A stretch of DNA of 62,567 bases, filler included, from Choristocarpus tenellus KU-1152 (GCA_964200185.2; 10 parts of 10 records of this genome joined end to end with filler, not necessarily neighbours in it), one strand, 5' to 3'. Counted from the first letter of the whole stretch, positions 27,385-40,735 are shown. A program made the numbers and translations. Notes: a model not told the origin generated them from the letters alone.

Positions 27385-30300
27385 CATATACAACAAAACT
27401 CAATTTTCCTGCTTTCATAGAACCAACCCTAACCCAAGCAATGATATCTTACACAATTGAAACAAATCGTTTTACCCAGAGAATGGCTAACTTGCTGTCT
27501 ATCAGTGATAGCACTTGCCATATTTTTTAACCACAAAATTCTCAACCGATGAAGAGAAAATGCGGCAGACTAGTGATTCCTCTTGTGACAATCATCCCAT
27601 TTGCCATGTCTGCATGCACATTTTTTTTTTCTTTGGCACATTCAATATTGACGTCTGATTTGTAGAACAGTGCAAAATGGAAGATGAGCCATCAAGTTTG
27701 AATTCTTGGAAAGTTAGTATTTCTTCTATGACACATGTGCGCACATAATGAGCATTTGCCCGATACCCATTGGATTGGGCAGTGAATACACATTGGCAAT
27801 ATCATGCACAGACAGAAAATTAATCCCCTCCTATTGTAGTTTTGATTTCACTATTTGGACTGGTCGAGTAGGCCTTCAATTAGACTCCTCTTTCTTGATA
27901 GTCACAGTTCTAGATTGAGCAGAAGATTGGATTTTTTTATATTACTCTTATTGATATACAATCATTACATTTTGTACTGGTGGGAGAGCAGGAGTTGAAA
28001 AACCTGGGTTTGGGACTCTATTGACCTACGCATCAGTTAATACGATTTATTTCTAGACGGTGAGTGATTTGTGTAAGATTTAAACCAATTTGAACAGGAC
28101 AAACTGATATTAACATACGGATAGATCATGCACTCAGAAGTATATGCATTCATGTACAAATTTGAAACCTAACCTCTGTTTAAACTTTTCCTTCTTACCA
28201 TTTGATATATAGGCTCTATATAGGTAAAGTCTATTCTTCTCCCAGGAAGATCTAGTACTTATTCATCATGGATGTTATTGTATGTAATTTGGAGCATATA
28301 TATTGTAGGTGTAGAGTGATTACATTGACTGCAGGATGGTGTGGTGGGTTAGGCAAAAGCAAGACGGTAGAAGAGGTGACAAGTTGTGAAGGAGGGACCT
28401 GCAAGTACCAATTTGAATCTGGGTTGAAGCGAACAACCCATTAAAAATGTGGAGAAGTTGGTATCATCAGCCAGGAAGAAATTTATCCTCTTACCTACAT
28501 CCTGTGGTTGTACTTGAAATACGACTGAAAAAGTCCAAATCAAGTAAGTTTATCAAACCATGAAAGCGTACATTTCACCGTTGACAACTTTCTTATCGTG
28601 TAACAACTAGCCGCATTTTCCTTGATATGGTGGAAAGTTTCACGGATGATGACACGAATACATTTGATGACCATGTTCTAGTCTGCAAAAATAAACAAAA
28701 CGAGATATTTTTATGTTCTATGCGCTAGGTATAGTTCTTGGGTTCTCAGGGACTCGGCAAGAGCACTAAGAACTGTCCGGTCACGGTCGTGTTGTTTCAC
28801 AACTGAAGTTAAACTGTGCTTGGCAGATTCCTCCTTGGAAGGTTCTAATCGACTTATTCTATGCTAGGAACCCGATACACCCTCGCGCACTCGTTCATTG
28901 TGTAGAAGACTTCTTCAAGTCAAGTTTTGAAGTCGAGCTTTACCAGTGCTAATTAAAAGGTTTTGTGGTACAACTGCGTTCGGCGAAGGTCGCATTTGAT
29001 CAGAATAGTGTTAAATGATCATACCTCTGTATGAAAGAAAAGCTTGCTGTAGGGTACCTGTATATCTAGGGTTGTAAGTGAGTGATGCAGGTGAGATATG
29101 TTGGAGAGGTAAAAAAATTGAGAAGATTCCATGTGCAATATATGGACGAAAACACAAGTTGACGCCAAGAATAGGTATGATTCCTTGGAAGTCGCCTTCA
29201 TCTTTCTCGACAGGTTTCCACTTCATAATTTCTCCAACAATATTATCAGGACATCGCAAGACCAGGCACAGCGATAACTCCGCATGTCATCTCGTCTTTC
29301 TGAACTTGCAGGATGCTCAGCAGGAAGATTTCGCTTTGGTGGAAGGGATCACCTCGGTCACCACTGCTGGCCTTGCACTACCCACCTTGCCTGGTAGGTC
29401 CTGGTTGCGATTAGCAGCCAGCGACTTGACTCAACACAATCATTGTAACTCAGCAAAATTGTTGTAACTCGGAGTATCGTCGACTCTGTAATCCATTCGT
29501 GAGTAAGACTTTGCTTGGGTTTCAAAGTTGCTTCGCCATCTCTTGCGTAACATAGACAAACGCTACGGTATTCAAAACAACCTAACACTCTACATAATAC
29601 AATAGTATGATAACAATTTCGGAATCCCTACTCTATTAACCACAATTCCCTCCACACATCAAGGGCCCCCCCCAACCCCCACCACATCTCATACACAATG
29701 GGGGTACCATTTTAAGGCGTACCTGTCCCAATCCAAAAAAAGCGATGTTGATAGAATGAAAAATAGTTAAGTTTATGAATGTAGTATGAATTGTGTGATT
29801 CTGTGGTCTTGTTCACTCGGGCAATGGTGAAGAGAATCACTAGAGACAGACCACACAGACCAAGACGAACGTTAACAGAGAGAACGAGGCTAAGGTTTCA
29901 CAAGTATAAGAATAAAAGGACTTGCAAGAAAATGTGGGGAACTGAGAAAGTGAGGAGGATCACGGTTGGGATGGGTTTCGGAATAGAATCCAGTCAGAGA
30001 TGGGAGATCCGCCTTCTTTGGAGAAATATACAAATATCTAGTCCTAAGATCCTCCACAAAGTTGAATCAAAGTTTTCATAAGATAACTTAGAAGCATAGA
30101 CTACTCACCTTTTGTGTTCTAGTTCATACTGACCACTGACTCGCACATGGCTACTAGTCTTTACTCACATTTACATCATTAGCACTTCATCATAGCATCA
30201 TCAACTCCTGTTAGAAGATCATGGTGCAGAGGAAGTATGGAACAGTGGACATCTGTCAAACATACAAGCATAGAATGTGCCGTACGAGTTGTCCCAGATA

Positions 30301-31340
30301 TTGTTACAAATGTTTTTCGTTCTTTCTTGATCTTCACATCAGAACAATCAGTGTCTCGTTGATTATTCTTCTTTTTTTGGTTGGCTTTGCCTCCACTTAG
30401 ACCTCGATTTCACTCTGCGTTAAGTGTACTTGAAAGACACCTGGATGTCAAATAACCCTAAGTTAAGACATCCACAAACCCCTCCTTCACAAGGTGCCAA
30501 GCCTTTACTCAGAGAATGTACTTCTTCGCTTCAACGTCTCAAGGAATACCCACAACCTTTCACCAAATAACCTCAGACTATGCACACCATGTCACTAAGT
30601 TCATCATCCAGAATTCACCGGTGCTTCATTGCACTATGACACCCCTTCACCACATCAACCTTCCACCATACAAGAGAACGATTAATTCAATCCCGGGCTA
30701 TAACAATATCCCCAATTGGTATGACGGTATATGACATACAGCAATGACGGTATAATCACTGACAAACCTGCTTTCCGCATTATCCCCCTTCTGATCGGCC
30801 TTGAAGCCACGTAAACATGATTCAAGGTCAACCAAAAAGCTCGCCATAAGTTTGTGCCGTGAAGCATCTGGGCTTGCCGAGCAAGAACGGCGCTGAATCG
30901 GACAATAACCCCACAGATTGAAATCGGGTGACAATCTCAGCTTTCTGAAAAAGTGGGGGTCGAGGTTCATCAGGTACAAACTCGAGGTGCTTGAAGCCGT
31001 CAAAGTAGGGGTCTTTTGGTGATTTTAAGGCCAGAACTGGGCATGTCGAGGGCCAGAACGTCAGCATGGAAACCCCCCGTCAACCCCCCCTGCGTAGGAA
31101 GGGTGCACAAGTGTCCCTGAATATCAGGGTTGCACTTGCAGTGCAGCACGCCCTCGTGATGGTCCCTGCGAGTATAGACTGCCACACATTGGGCCGGCCT
31201 TCACAGTGGAGTTTGGAGTGTCTGAGCGTTACATGTGAGGGCTCTGGGAGGACGTCGCTGATCAGCTCGCCCGTGGCCACACACTTGACCTAGGGGTAGC
31301 GGTATGTTGTGGGCGGCCTTCATAGCTCACACTGACCAAG

Positions 31341-32292
31341 ATGGTTGTAATACACAGTATCAACTCCGATAATCGGTCATCCACATTGCGTCAGTTGACA
31401 ATGAAGATGGCCACCAAGGGGCTAAATAATAGCACGAGTACCATAAACAGGTGGTTTGATGATATGGGGGCCACGCGGAATCGCCGCTGGATCAAACCCA
31501 AGCTTAAATCGTCGCAAAAGGTATGGAGAATGGACTTTGTTTGCGATCAATTGGACCAGAAACGTGGTGTGTACGCCTCCATGGCGAACACGAGCCATGT
31601 GGCTGAAACCTGGTTTTACGTGATGGCTGATAGGGAAAGGGTTTGTGTATTTCCGCATGAGGATGATAGCGACCTTCCAAAACCATGATCATTGCAGCCA
31701 ACGCCCGCCCAGATCCGAATCGCAGCATTGATGGAAAGCTTGATGTTTGGCGTTAGAGTGCACCAAAATCGGCAGACAGAACAAGCAAGAACCACAAAAA
31801 GGGGGATGTATGAGTAGGACTGTACTTTAGACCATTTGCGGTACAGGAAGTGGTACATGGAGAAGTTACTGCCAACAACCAAGACCAAGATGCCTTGGTT
31901 ACAGTGGAAGCACGTTGTTGTTCAGCAAGACGGTGCCACCCCCCACACAGGCAAGGGAAAAAGTCAAATTATCTTAGAGGGTAGGGCCGCATCCATTTGG
32001 TGGCCAAAAACCAATGTTGTGATTCTGATGTAATTTCGGCTATCGTGTTTGTTAGGAGGTGTCAATATCCGTGTTCCGGACACACACATTTTTATAACAT
32101 GTACATTTTACGTATTCCAAAACATTTTGGAGTAGGAAAATGTCATTAAAAAACCAATGGGAAGTCAAGCCCCAAATGGACAAACAGGGCAAAACTCGTA
32201 CCCTCTAAGATACTTTCACTCAGACTCAGAAATCTTGTCAGGGGCAGGGAAGACTGAGGGGTGGTCAATTAGGCTTGTGACGTAGCCATCTA
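31341..32292 (+). pseudogene. Tc1/mariner transposase, plant-mariner (DD39D-like) type, disrupted
   Basis: Motifs IKPKLKSSQKVWRMDF, HVAETWF (cf. HIDEKWF), TMIIAANARP...IDGKL, VVVQQDGATPHTG and GWSIRLVT*PS (cf. QPPNSPD). Frameshifts and two MITE insertions are present. Confidence 0.85.
31961..32221 (-). mobile_element. MITE family A inserted in mariner transposase
   Basis: TIRs present; flanks AAA/AGA; removing the element plus 3 bp restores the frame GKGNSEILSGAG. Confidence 0.9.
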
Positions 32293-32398
32293 GAGCCAAA
32301 GTATCTTGGAGGGTACAGCCGCGTCCATTTGGGGGCCAAAGTCCAATGTTGCAATTTCGATGTAATTTTGGCTATTGTGTGTGTTTAGGACGTGTTAA
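32293..32398 (-). mobile_element. MITE family A, partial (runs into gap)
   Basis: GAGCCAAAGTATCTTGGAGGGTAC... Confidence 0.8.
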
Positions 32399-32570
32399 NN
32401 NNNNNNNNNNNNNNNNNNNNNNNNNNNNNNNNNNNNNNNNNNTTAATTAATTAANNNNNNNNNNNNNNNNNNNNNNNNNNNNNNNNNNNNNNNNNNNNAT
32501 AGACTCAATTCAACACAATAATCTCATATACACAAAATAAGATACACCTCGCTATTGTCCTATTTTGCAC

Positions 32571-33330
32571 TGTCGTCGGTGGCAAACAGAGGCCGATTAT
32601 TGTGAGTGGGGGGGACGGTGCAAGTTGTATATGTGCTACCTGTTCTTGTAACAATCGTTTGGTAAACGACAGACGTTAGTATGGGAAAGAAAACGATAAC
32701 TTAGAGTTTTGGGTTAGTTTGTCGGTTGGCAGGTTTATGCAAAATAGAGGGCGATGGCTGCAAGTGCGCACGGACGGTCTTCGGTCGATTGAGAAGTGCG
32801 TATGTGCGATTAGCACGTCACGCATGGTGTCGACATGAAGGGAAGGCACGGATGTGACACAATTTGCAACGATTTCTATGGTGTGTTTAGTGTATTGGTG
32901 GACAAGGGGCGTATGGGTTAGGGTTGTCACCAGTGGCAAACAGAGGCCGACTTTGGTGAGTGGGGGGGACCATGCATGTAGTATATGTGCTACCTATTCC
33001 TGTAGGATCAGGGTTGATATCAGAAAGAAAATAATAACTTCGAGTTTTGTGCGAGTTTGCCGGTTGGCAGACATATGCAAAATAGGTGGCGATGGTTGTA
33101 AGTGTGCACAGACTGTCTGTGCGGCCAATTGAGAAGTGTGTATGTGCGATTCTGATGCTGCGCGTGGTGTCGACATAAGGGAGTCACGGACGTGACATAA
33201 TTTTGAATGGTACATATTGCGTGTTTGGTGTATAAGTGGGCAAGGGGCGTACGGATTGGGGTTGTCGCCAGAGGCAAACAGAGGCCGATCTTTGTGAGTG
33301 GGGGGGATCGTCATGTGGAGTGTGCCTACC
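32571..33330. repeat. ~340-355 bp tandem repeat, ~2.2 copies
   Basis: Anchor GGCAAACAGAGGCCGA...GTGAGTGGGGGGG at ~32581, ~32935 and ~33273. Confidence 0.8.
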
Positions 33331-33862
33331 TTTGCCACGATTGTCTGTCCGGGAGAAACCTTATGGCCTTTGTAGTAGCGCCACTTTTCCTCTGGTGTGG
33401 ATCCCTCAATGTGTATTGGGTTTTGGTGGCCTTGATTTGTCTCCACTACGGATGAGGTTCCTGAATATGCACCCCGTCTAGTTCCAGTCTCCTGGCAGCA
33501 TACTTCACCACAGCCCCGACTTCATCAGACAAGGACTTGCCGTGACAGGAGGCAAAGAAATTGTGTACTACGGAAATCCCATCCAAACTAAAGACTGAGA
33601 AACCCACCACATCTTCCATCTGTTCTTGAACTGACTTCCGTAGCCATCAGACCAGATGTGGAGGACCTATAGGGTCTGTCCCTATTCCCGGGCTAGAGGT
33701 ATTAGGTGGTCTTTCACAAGCATCTCCACAGCGTTCAGGACGAACTCGTTGTCTTGGCTTCAATCCTTATTACACACCGTTATGCTGTGAGCCCAAACCC
33801 TTCCCTTCCCAAGATTTCCCTCTTTCCTGAGATCCCTCAACCACCAAACAATGGTCAGAAGC
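33330..33862 (-). pseudogene. Sola2-like DDD transposase fragment, degenerate
   Basis: Minus-strand translation LHIWSDGYGSQFKN...VVHNFFASCHGKSLSDEVGAVVK matches SDGxxxQFKN...FFxxxHGKxxxDGxGxxVK, which I recall as the Sola2 pattern. In-frame stops and one frameshift; interrupted upstream by MITE A. Confidence 0.65.
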
Positions 33863-34120
33863 GAGTGAAAGTATCTTAGAGGGTACGAGTTTTGCCCTGT
33901 TTGTCCGTTTGGGGCTTGGCTTCCCATGGGTATTTTTATGACATTTTCGTATTCCGAAATGTTTCGGAGTAGATAAAATGTATACGTTCTGAAAAGGTGC
34001 GTCCAGAACAAGGATATTGACACTTACTAACAAACATGATAGCCAAAATGACATCAAAACCACCACATTGTACTTTGACCCCCAACGGACACGGCTTTAC
34101 CCTCTTAGATGATTTGACTC
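33863..34120 (+). mobile_element. MITE family A, full copy
   Basis: TIRs intact; flanks AGC/CGC. Confidence 0.9.
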
Positions 34121-34880
34121 CGCACTCAAAAGCACTGCTGATATGATGGCCTTCTTGCTGTAAGTTTCTGTGCGAAACCACATCCACGACATGGCTAATG
34201 TGTCAGCACGACGAGCTGGAGCAACAACCAAAATAATCAACCCACTGTAGATACACACACTACATACCCACTCTCAAACCGTTTCACCCCGTCCTCTGAA
34301 AATGTGGCAGGTTCAGTCGGACACTAGTGACGTACGATCCGATACTCAGACCTCTACACTGACACCAAAACCACTTTTGGACCAGTCGAAACAGAACAGA
34401 TGCGAGAGGACCGTGCTGGAGCCCCTCAGCGAACCATCCTCTGGCGGTTCCTTGGGCAGTTTCAAAAATTCTTGTGTCGACGGAACATGTGACAGGTGTG
34501 ACTGGAAATCTCATCCGATCTGGAAATGCCCTTGTATGTTGGACTCACGCAGCACCCGTGTCACATGGAATGAGTTCGTCCACGCATACACCCTGGGGTG
34601 GAGGCGGACCTGCAACGAATGACTTCCCCGAAGATCAAGGTGTGCCTTATGCAAAGGTATGACCAATTATTGGGTTTGGATGTTTAACCTGTCCGGTACC
34701 ACCCTCACGCCGGGTCCAGGATGCATACAGCAACCAACCTGACCAATCGCGCATATCCCCATGTTAACATCCCGACCACCCACCCATGCTTCAATAAATC
34801 TCTATGTCCGTGTACGCTGTTGCCAAGGCACTGTCCTCTAGACTTAGCATCACCGCCCCCAGCAGGGCCACCAAAAATGA

Positions 34881-35139
34881 GAGCCAAAGTATCTTAGAGG
34901 GTAGAATCGCGTCCATTTGGGGTCCAAAACCCAATGTTGCGATAGTGGTGTAATTTTGGCTATTATTCTTGTTAGGAAGTGTCAATATGCTTGTTCCAGA
35001 CACAATTTTTCACAACGTACACATTTTTCCTACTCTGAAACATTTCGGAGTTTGAAAATGTCATAAAAAAGCCCAACGGAAGCCAAGACCCAAATGGACA
35101 AACAGGGAAAAACTCGTACCCTCTAAGATAATTTCAATC
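34881..35139 (-). mobile_element. MITE family A, full copy
   Basis: TIRs intact; flanks TGA/TGC. Confidence 0.9.
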
Positions 35140-35885
35140 TGCGGCCTCCACTTTTTCAGAGCCGCATGCTTTGCCTTTGTCGCAGAATGCACATGTGTAT
35201 GCACAAGCCCGCTATCCATCGTCGCCAATGATCGTCCTCGCATATACTCTCTTCCAGTTCTCTCTTAGGCACTGAACCTGAAGGCCGGTGGTCATGTGGT
35301 GAATGCAAACGCATGATCTGTATTGTGTGGAAGAGTGGAGGGAGGGAGACGGTAGGTTAGCACCCCCTGTGTGTGGAGACGGATTATGCGGTATGTGACT
35401 GGGTCGTCCGTGGTGGTTAGGAAACATAGAATTAGCCAAACATCACTGTAGCGTGTGTTCCGAAAATCGGAAGACTATTTCCGCACACACCTTGACGTGA
35501 CCTTTGTGATGTAAAACGATCTCCACTTCACGAGTGTCGACAGACAGGGTATTGGTCCTGACGTCCCTTCCAGTTCGAATCTCTCCCTGAAGTTGGCATA
35601 GATATCATCTCTCCCAATCTGTGTCCTGTGGCCACGTCAGTTGCACCATGTGTATGTTGTGTTATGTTGAAGTTTCGTTTTTCGATGATAAACACGTAAT
35701 AATGATTCATCCATAGTGTGAATGGGGGATATGTGCAACACTTGTAACGATATGAGTCGCTCGTGTGGAGTACCTCTGAGCGTGCTATTGACACAGAGCA
35801 TCCGGGCGGCAAACTCTCTTGTTCGTATGCAGGCCCAAGTAGTGCATGCCCTGATTGGAATCATGAGACGTGATCGGGTCAAGGG

Positions 35886-36905
35886 TCATGGCGGTGCGAT
35901 TGCTCTCCCATACGGTGATGCCAAGAATTTGTCTATCAGGATGCTGCAGATCGAACTGTTGCAAGGAGAATGTCCCTTCCCACATTGAATACCCTTGGTC
36001 TGCCATTTTGTCTGAGGTAACGATGGAACATGTGGGGCAGGTGTCAGTTGCGCACCACGATATAAAGGATCATCTGAGCATCTGTCAATGATTAAATTGT
36101 TCTTGGATATACAGGGGATGTGTTCGCCTGGGGGCGAAATTGTGTGTATCACACTGTTGATGGTTGGTGAATAGGAACTTCCATACCTCTGGGCGGTGCC
36201 TTGTGGAGAGCACGGAAGGACGTGAGTGTCGCATACGGGAGACGATCCTCCAGCGTCCTTGGCAGGCGCTGCAGAGGGACTCGTCTCTCGCCGCATGTTT
36301 CGTATGAATTCCGTGCGTTTCTTAATGGATAACCTTAGTGTTTCGACCTTGATGTCGCATTTTCTTGCTGTGGTGAACAGAAGGGGTTGAAACGTCGATG
36401 TCACCCCATCATCCAGTATTTCAATATCAGGAGCGATGCCAACGAGGATGGAGTTGTATACCTGGTGGGTGTGCTCGGTGCTAAGATATTTTTCTACACA
36501 TTCTAGAAAGGTCTTTACCTGGAGATCAGGCGTAAACTCGCGTTGTTCCCAAGCCAGCACAACTTGCAGCGCGCTCGCCAATGGTACAAACCTGCTTTTC
36601 TCATCCAATAACCAAGAGGCAAGGTCATTCCAAGTACGATCGCTTCCTTCCATCTCTTCTAGACCATCATCGAGGTTGACAAACATGGAGAGGAAGAGGT
36701 CGATGGTCTGGTCCGTTTTGGATTTCTTCCACGAACGAGCGGCACTTGTCTTGGGCAGTCTCTTTGAGTCCCCGTTTCCTGAGTGGGATTTAAGTGAGGT
36801 TACAATAGGGGTTGGTGGGATTGTTCCCCTTTGACACTCGAGTTCAATGTTCATGATGCGAACATTGATAATGCTGCCATGTTGTTCGGACGATGGGGCA
36901 TGCAC
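35886..36905 (-). CDS. Uninterrupted 339-aa ORF of unknown function, probably TE-associated or relict
   Basis: Longest non-host ORF in the window. The central part looks globular and helical (DQTIDLFLSMF...WNDLASWLLDE...KTFLECVEKYL); no motif recognised. Confidence 0.4.
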   Translation of the reverse strand: MHAPSSEQHGSIINVRIMNIELECQRGTIPPTPIVTSLKSHSGNGDSKRLPKTSAARSWKKSKTDQTIDLFLSMFVNLDDGLEEMEGSDRTWNDLASWLLDEKSRFVPLASALQVVLAWEQREFTPDLQVKTFLECVEKYLSTEHTHQVYNSILVGIAPDIEILDDGVTSTFQPLLFTTARKCDIKVETLRLSIKKRTEFIRNMRRETSPSAAPAKDAGGSSPVCDTHVLPCSPQGTAQRYGSSYSPTINSVIHTISPPGEHIPCISKNNLIIDRCSDDPLYRGAQLTPAPHVPSLPQTKWQTKGIQCGKGHSPCNSSICSILIDKFLASPYGRAIAPP

Positions 36906-37661
36906 AATATTTGATCATGAAGCGTTCGATGGAGTAGGGTCGTGTTGGGTGACACCTAACGTTCAACACGTTGGCAATGGGGTGTAGGATACATCAAGGA
37001 CCGAAACTGCCTCGGTTAGAATATCCTGAAAAGGTGTGCATCGCGTATGCGGGCACACGCAAGCCACATCAAAAAGGTTATGGATACATCCCATGAAGCA
37101 CATGGGACGAAGTGAAATGAGGCAGTATGTCATACGGCAGAGTATATGTTTTGATCTGATTTTGGAAAACGGTTGACAAATGTTTTGTGGGTGTCAACCC
37201 CGAAAATGTTCGCGTATGTATGTACCACAATTGACGTGTTCTTTCGTACGGTAAACCATGGTGTAGGATGGGTTTTTGGTGGAAGAGATACCGAATGTTT
37301 CATATGGTGTAGGTCTACATATATCCCCAGATGCACATATCATTGTTTGTGCCTCCTTCTCTACAGGGGATATGAGATTATACTTGAGTTGTTGGAAAAT
37401 CAAGGACGATGGATTGGAGGAGTGTGCCTTCAAATAAGTCGTTATGTGGACCGCCGCAACTTTTGCCATACTTTGTCGTACGGTAAAGTATGGCAAAATT
37501 ACATGACGTGAGCTGATGAAGGAAGAGCGAAACATGCGTTGGCATGTGTTCGGGATGATTGTAAGGGTCAGGGATGATGTTGGGGTTGAGGCACAGGGTT
37601 AGGGTTGGGAGAGGTGTTAGGGTTGGAATTGGAAACAGATATAGAAAAGAGTATCGTTTAT

Positions 37662-37919
37662 GAGTGAAAGTATCTTAGAGGGTAAGAGTTTTGATCTGTT
37701 TGTCTATTTGGGGCTTGGCTTCCCTCGGGGTTTTTCATGGAATTTTTCTTGTCCAAAATATTTCGGAGTTGGTAAAATGTGTACGTTATGAAAAGGTGTG
37801 TCCTGAACAAGGATATTAACACTTTCTAACAAACACGATAGCCAAAATTACATCAAAATCGCAACATTGGATTTTGGGTCCCTAATGGACGCGGCTCTAC
37901 TCCCTAAGATACTTTGCTC
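37662..37919 (+). mobile_element. MITE family A, full copy
   Basis: TIRs present; TSD TAT/TAT. Confidence 0.9.
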
Positions 37920-38432
37920 TATTTCCGATACATATCGAAGTCAACTTATGTCGGAGGGCACGATCTTCGTCGTAAAGTTTCGTCCTACTGTTGAGGGGAG
38001 GACGTGTACATCACCAGTTCCAAGCTACGGTGTAACTGATGAACACTACGTGTCTCTGATTTCGGTGCAAACGTGTGATTTCAGAAGGATATGGTGACCA
38101 TATGCTTCGCTGTGTCTAGTCTTCAAGCGCTAATCCCTCGTTGCGGTAATTACAGAACGCACAGGCTACATTGGAGTATGTCTAGCTGCGGTGGAGGCCT
38201 GGCCTTACCCTTGGAATGTCCTGGGGTCTACCCCTCGGGATCCATGAGTTCATTCCCATTGTTTTGCAGATCTATGAGTGACTGATGGGTAACCTTCCTA
38301 CATCAGCGGTGCGATGGGTATGGTCATCTCAAAGAACTGCGACAACAAATCCTCTATATTGTCCAGGCCTGTTGGTCTGTTGTTGAGTGAGTGAACGAGT
38401 GTGGGGTTAGTCGCATATGTGGTTTGGCGAAA

Positions 38433-38492
38433 GGATCAAAGTATCTGGGAGGGGGTGGCGGCTGTCCATTTGGGGTCAATTTTTTCATGTCG
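38433..38492. mobile_element. MITE family B, partial (runs into gap)
   Basis: GGATCAAAGTATCTGGGAGGGGGTGGCGGCTGTCC. Confidence 0.7.
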
Positions 38493-38652
38493 NNNNNNNN
38501 NNNNNNNNNNNNNNNNNNNNNNNNNNNNNNNNNNNNTTAATTAATTAANNNNNNNNNNNNNNNNNNNNNNNNNNNNNNNNNNNNNNNNNNNNACTTCAAA
38601 ATTCAGCAAGGAAGCTTCCGGCAATCATGGTACAAGGGGACATTTTTATTTG

Positions 38653-38826
38653 GGCCCAAAGTATCTGCGGGGGGGGGGGCAAACCAGGGTGTCCATTTGG
38701 GTCAAAATCAGGAAAAGTGCATTTACATTTTCCATGCGACGTGTGCAACCAAGTCACCCAAAAATCGTGACATGAAAAAATTAACCTCAATTGGACAGCC
38801 GCCACCCCCCCCAGATACTTTGAGCA
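38653..38826. mobile_element. MITE family B, full copy (~175 bp)
   Basis: GGCCCAAAGTATCTGCGGGG ... CCCCCAGATACTTTGAGC. Confidence 0.85.
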
Positions 38827-40735
38827 TTTTATTTTCTCAGGATCTTTAAAATGCATCTCTGCCTGCCTCTCAGTTGCCTTGAATGCCAAGACACAATGTA
38901 CTCAGGCATTGTGGTAGGGACAACCAAGTGGTGATGATATCTATGATGTAAGTCTTGTTCTTGTTCTTGTTCTTGTTGTCCTTAATGATCACTTGTATAT
39001 TCACAGTTCATTTGTACTTTAGAGATCAGGACAACTCCCTAACAACAAGAAAACACAGCCCCCTCCCCCCTCATCCCATTCTCCCTTACGCAGTGAACAG
39101 TGTAGTTGCTATCACTATCAGCGTTGTTTTGCATTCAACTTTTTCATCTCCTTGTAGTATCGGCACAGCCAACGGCAAGTGCTTTGGCCTTGTGCATCTC
39201 TTCTCTCAGCATTATTACGGGGGCACTCAGTTCTAGTATCAGTAACTGATACTCTAACTGCTACTACTACAACCACTACTGGACTCATTTGTTCGTTCTT
39301 TGTCTTGTATAACGCATGGTGATGACGATGAAGTGCAGAAAACATCGATTGATGATCAATCTTTATTATCGTGAGTGTTAATCCCGAGCCTGACGCCTCC
39401 ACCTCTGTCGTTCCTCCAACACCTCTCACTCTATTTGTAATCTATTTTCTGTCTTCAATACTATTTTTTTGTCGTAGTTGTAGTTGTTGCCCTAGTAGTA
39501 GTAGTAGTCGTCGTAGTAGTAAGTCGTCGTAGTAGTAAGTCGTATTAGTAGTCTTAGGTATAGTTGTACTATTGATAGTAGCAGCACCACTGATGGTACA
39601 GAAACCAACACAGGTTCACACAAAATAACATACAAAGTTACACCAAAAAAAGTCAGGTATGATCATCGTCACGAAATAACGGGACTACAACACACCTTAA
39701 TTTCCAACAGATTGCTCATAGGCGCACGGCACTGTTCGACATTAGGCATAATTTCAACAGGTTCCCAGTGGCGATAAACTACAACAACAGCGTATGCATG
39801 AGAAAACCCTATTTCAGTTCCATCTCGCAGAACTCGACGGTCAAATAAAGTAACTAGGAGATTTTTAAAAATTCAGCGGATACTCGCTGTATGTCTTACG
39901 TATAAACACGCACAGGAAAGTACGGGTTGAGGTGATCCTCCTTCTGCCACGGTTTCTTTTCTTGGTGCAACTGAAGGGTGGAAGTGAAATATAGATGAGG
40001 ATTGATGGGTTAGTCCCCACCCTCAGACCACCAAATCGAACGACCCTTGCGGTTATTATTGAGGTGTTTTAAAAAATACGGCAAGGTTCCCCCATGCGAA
40101 AGTATTGTCTCACCCTGTGCAGGTAGATGGCGAAGCCAGTCGTTTCATCTCCTATGATTCCCATTGCAGACCCCCTCGACGACGAAGTTGGAAGCCTACG
40201 TTTGTTCGTGATTTAGAGCATGTCCTCAAATTGTCCGTAGGAAGTATTTCGTGTAGATGTCAAACTTGCTCACAGACCATTTGATATCATCTCCCAACAA
40301 CTGGTTTTCCTCTCATCCTTCAGTGATATCTATCCAAATCTAAAATGGAACTGAATGTGGGGGTTTCGTCCTTTGTCATTTCCATAACAATACACAATTG
40401 TGTACAACTTGTAGCGCACTTACCCTCCTACTCCATTGTTTTGTCTATAATTGTACATCCTGCCTCCCCCAGAGGTGCAAGTTGATATCAAAACCCTAAC
40501 ACTACCGATTGCCAGATCAGGTGTCTCTATGTATGTATGTTGAGAATCTGAGTATCACTATTACCCACTAACACAGGACAAAAGGTGAAGCCGCAATAGC
40601 CCTCAAACAAGTGTTCGAGATCAGGAGGAGAGGCTCTCCGCCTATCCTCCATCAGGATCATTCTGCTTGGGAGAAGTGCGGAGGTGGTTTATTTGAACCA
40701 GTTGCCATCTTGAGTGGGAAGAAAGAGGGGTTGTT

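Noticed and set aside
27400-31300. Fragmentary coding-like stretches (also 12000-17650 and 23200-25000)
   Set aside because: Many stops and no motif I could identify confidently; probably old TE debris.
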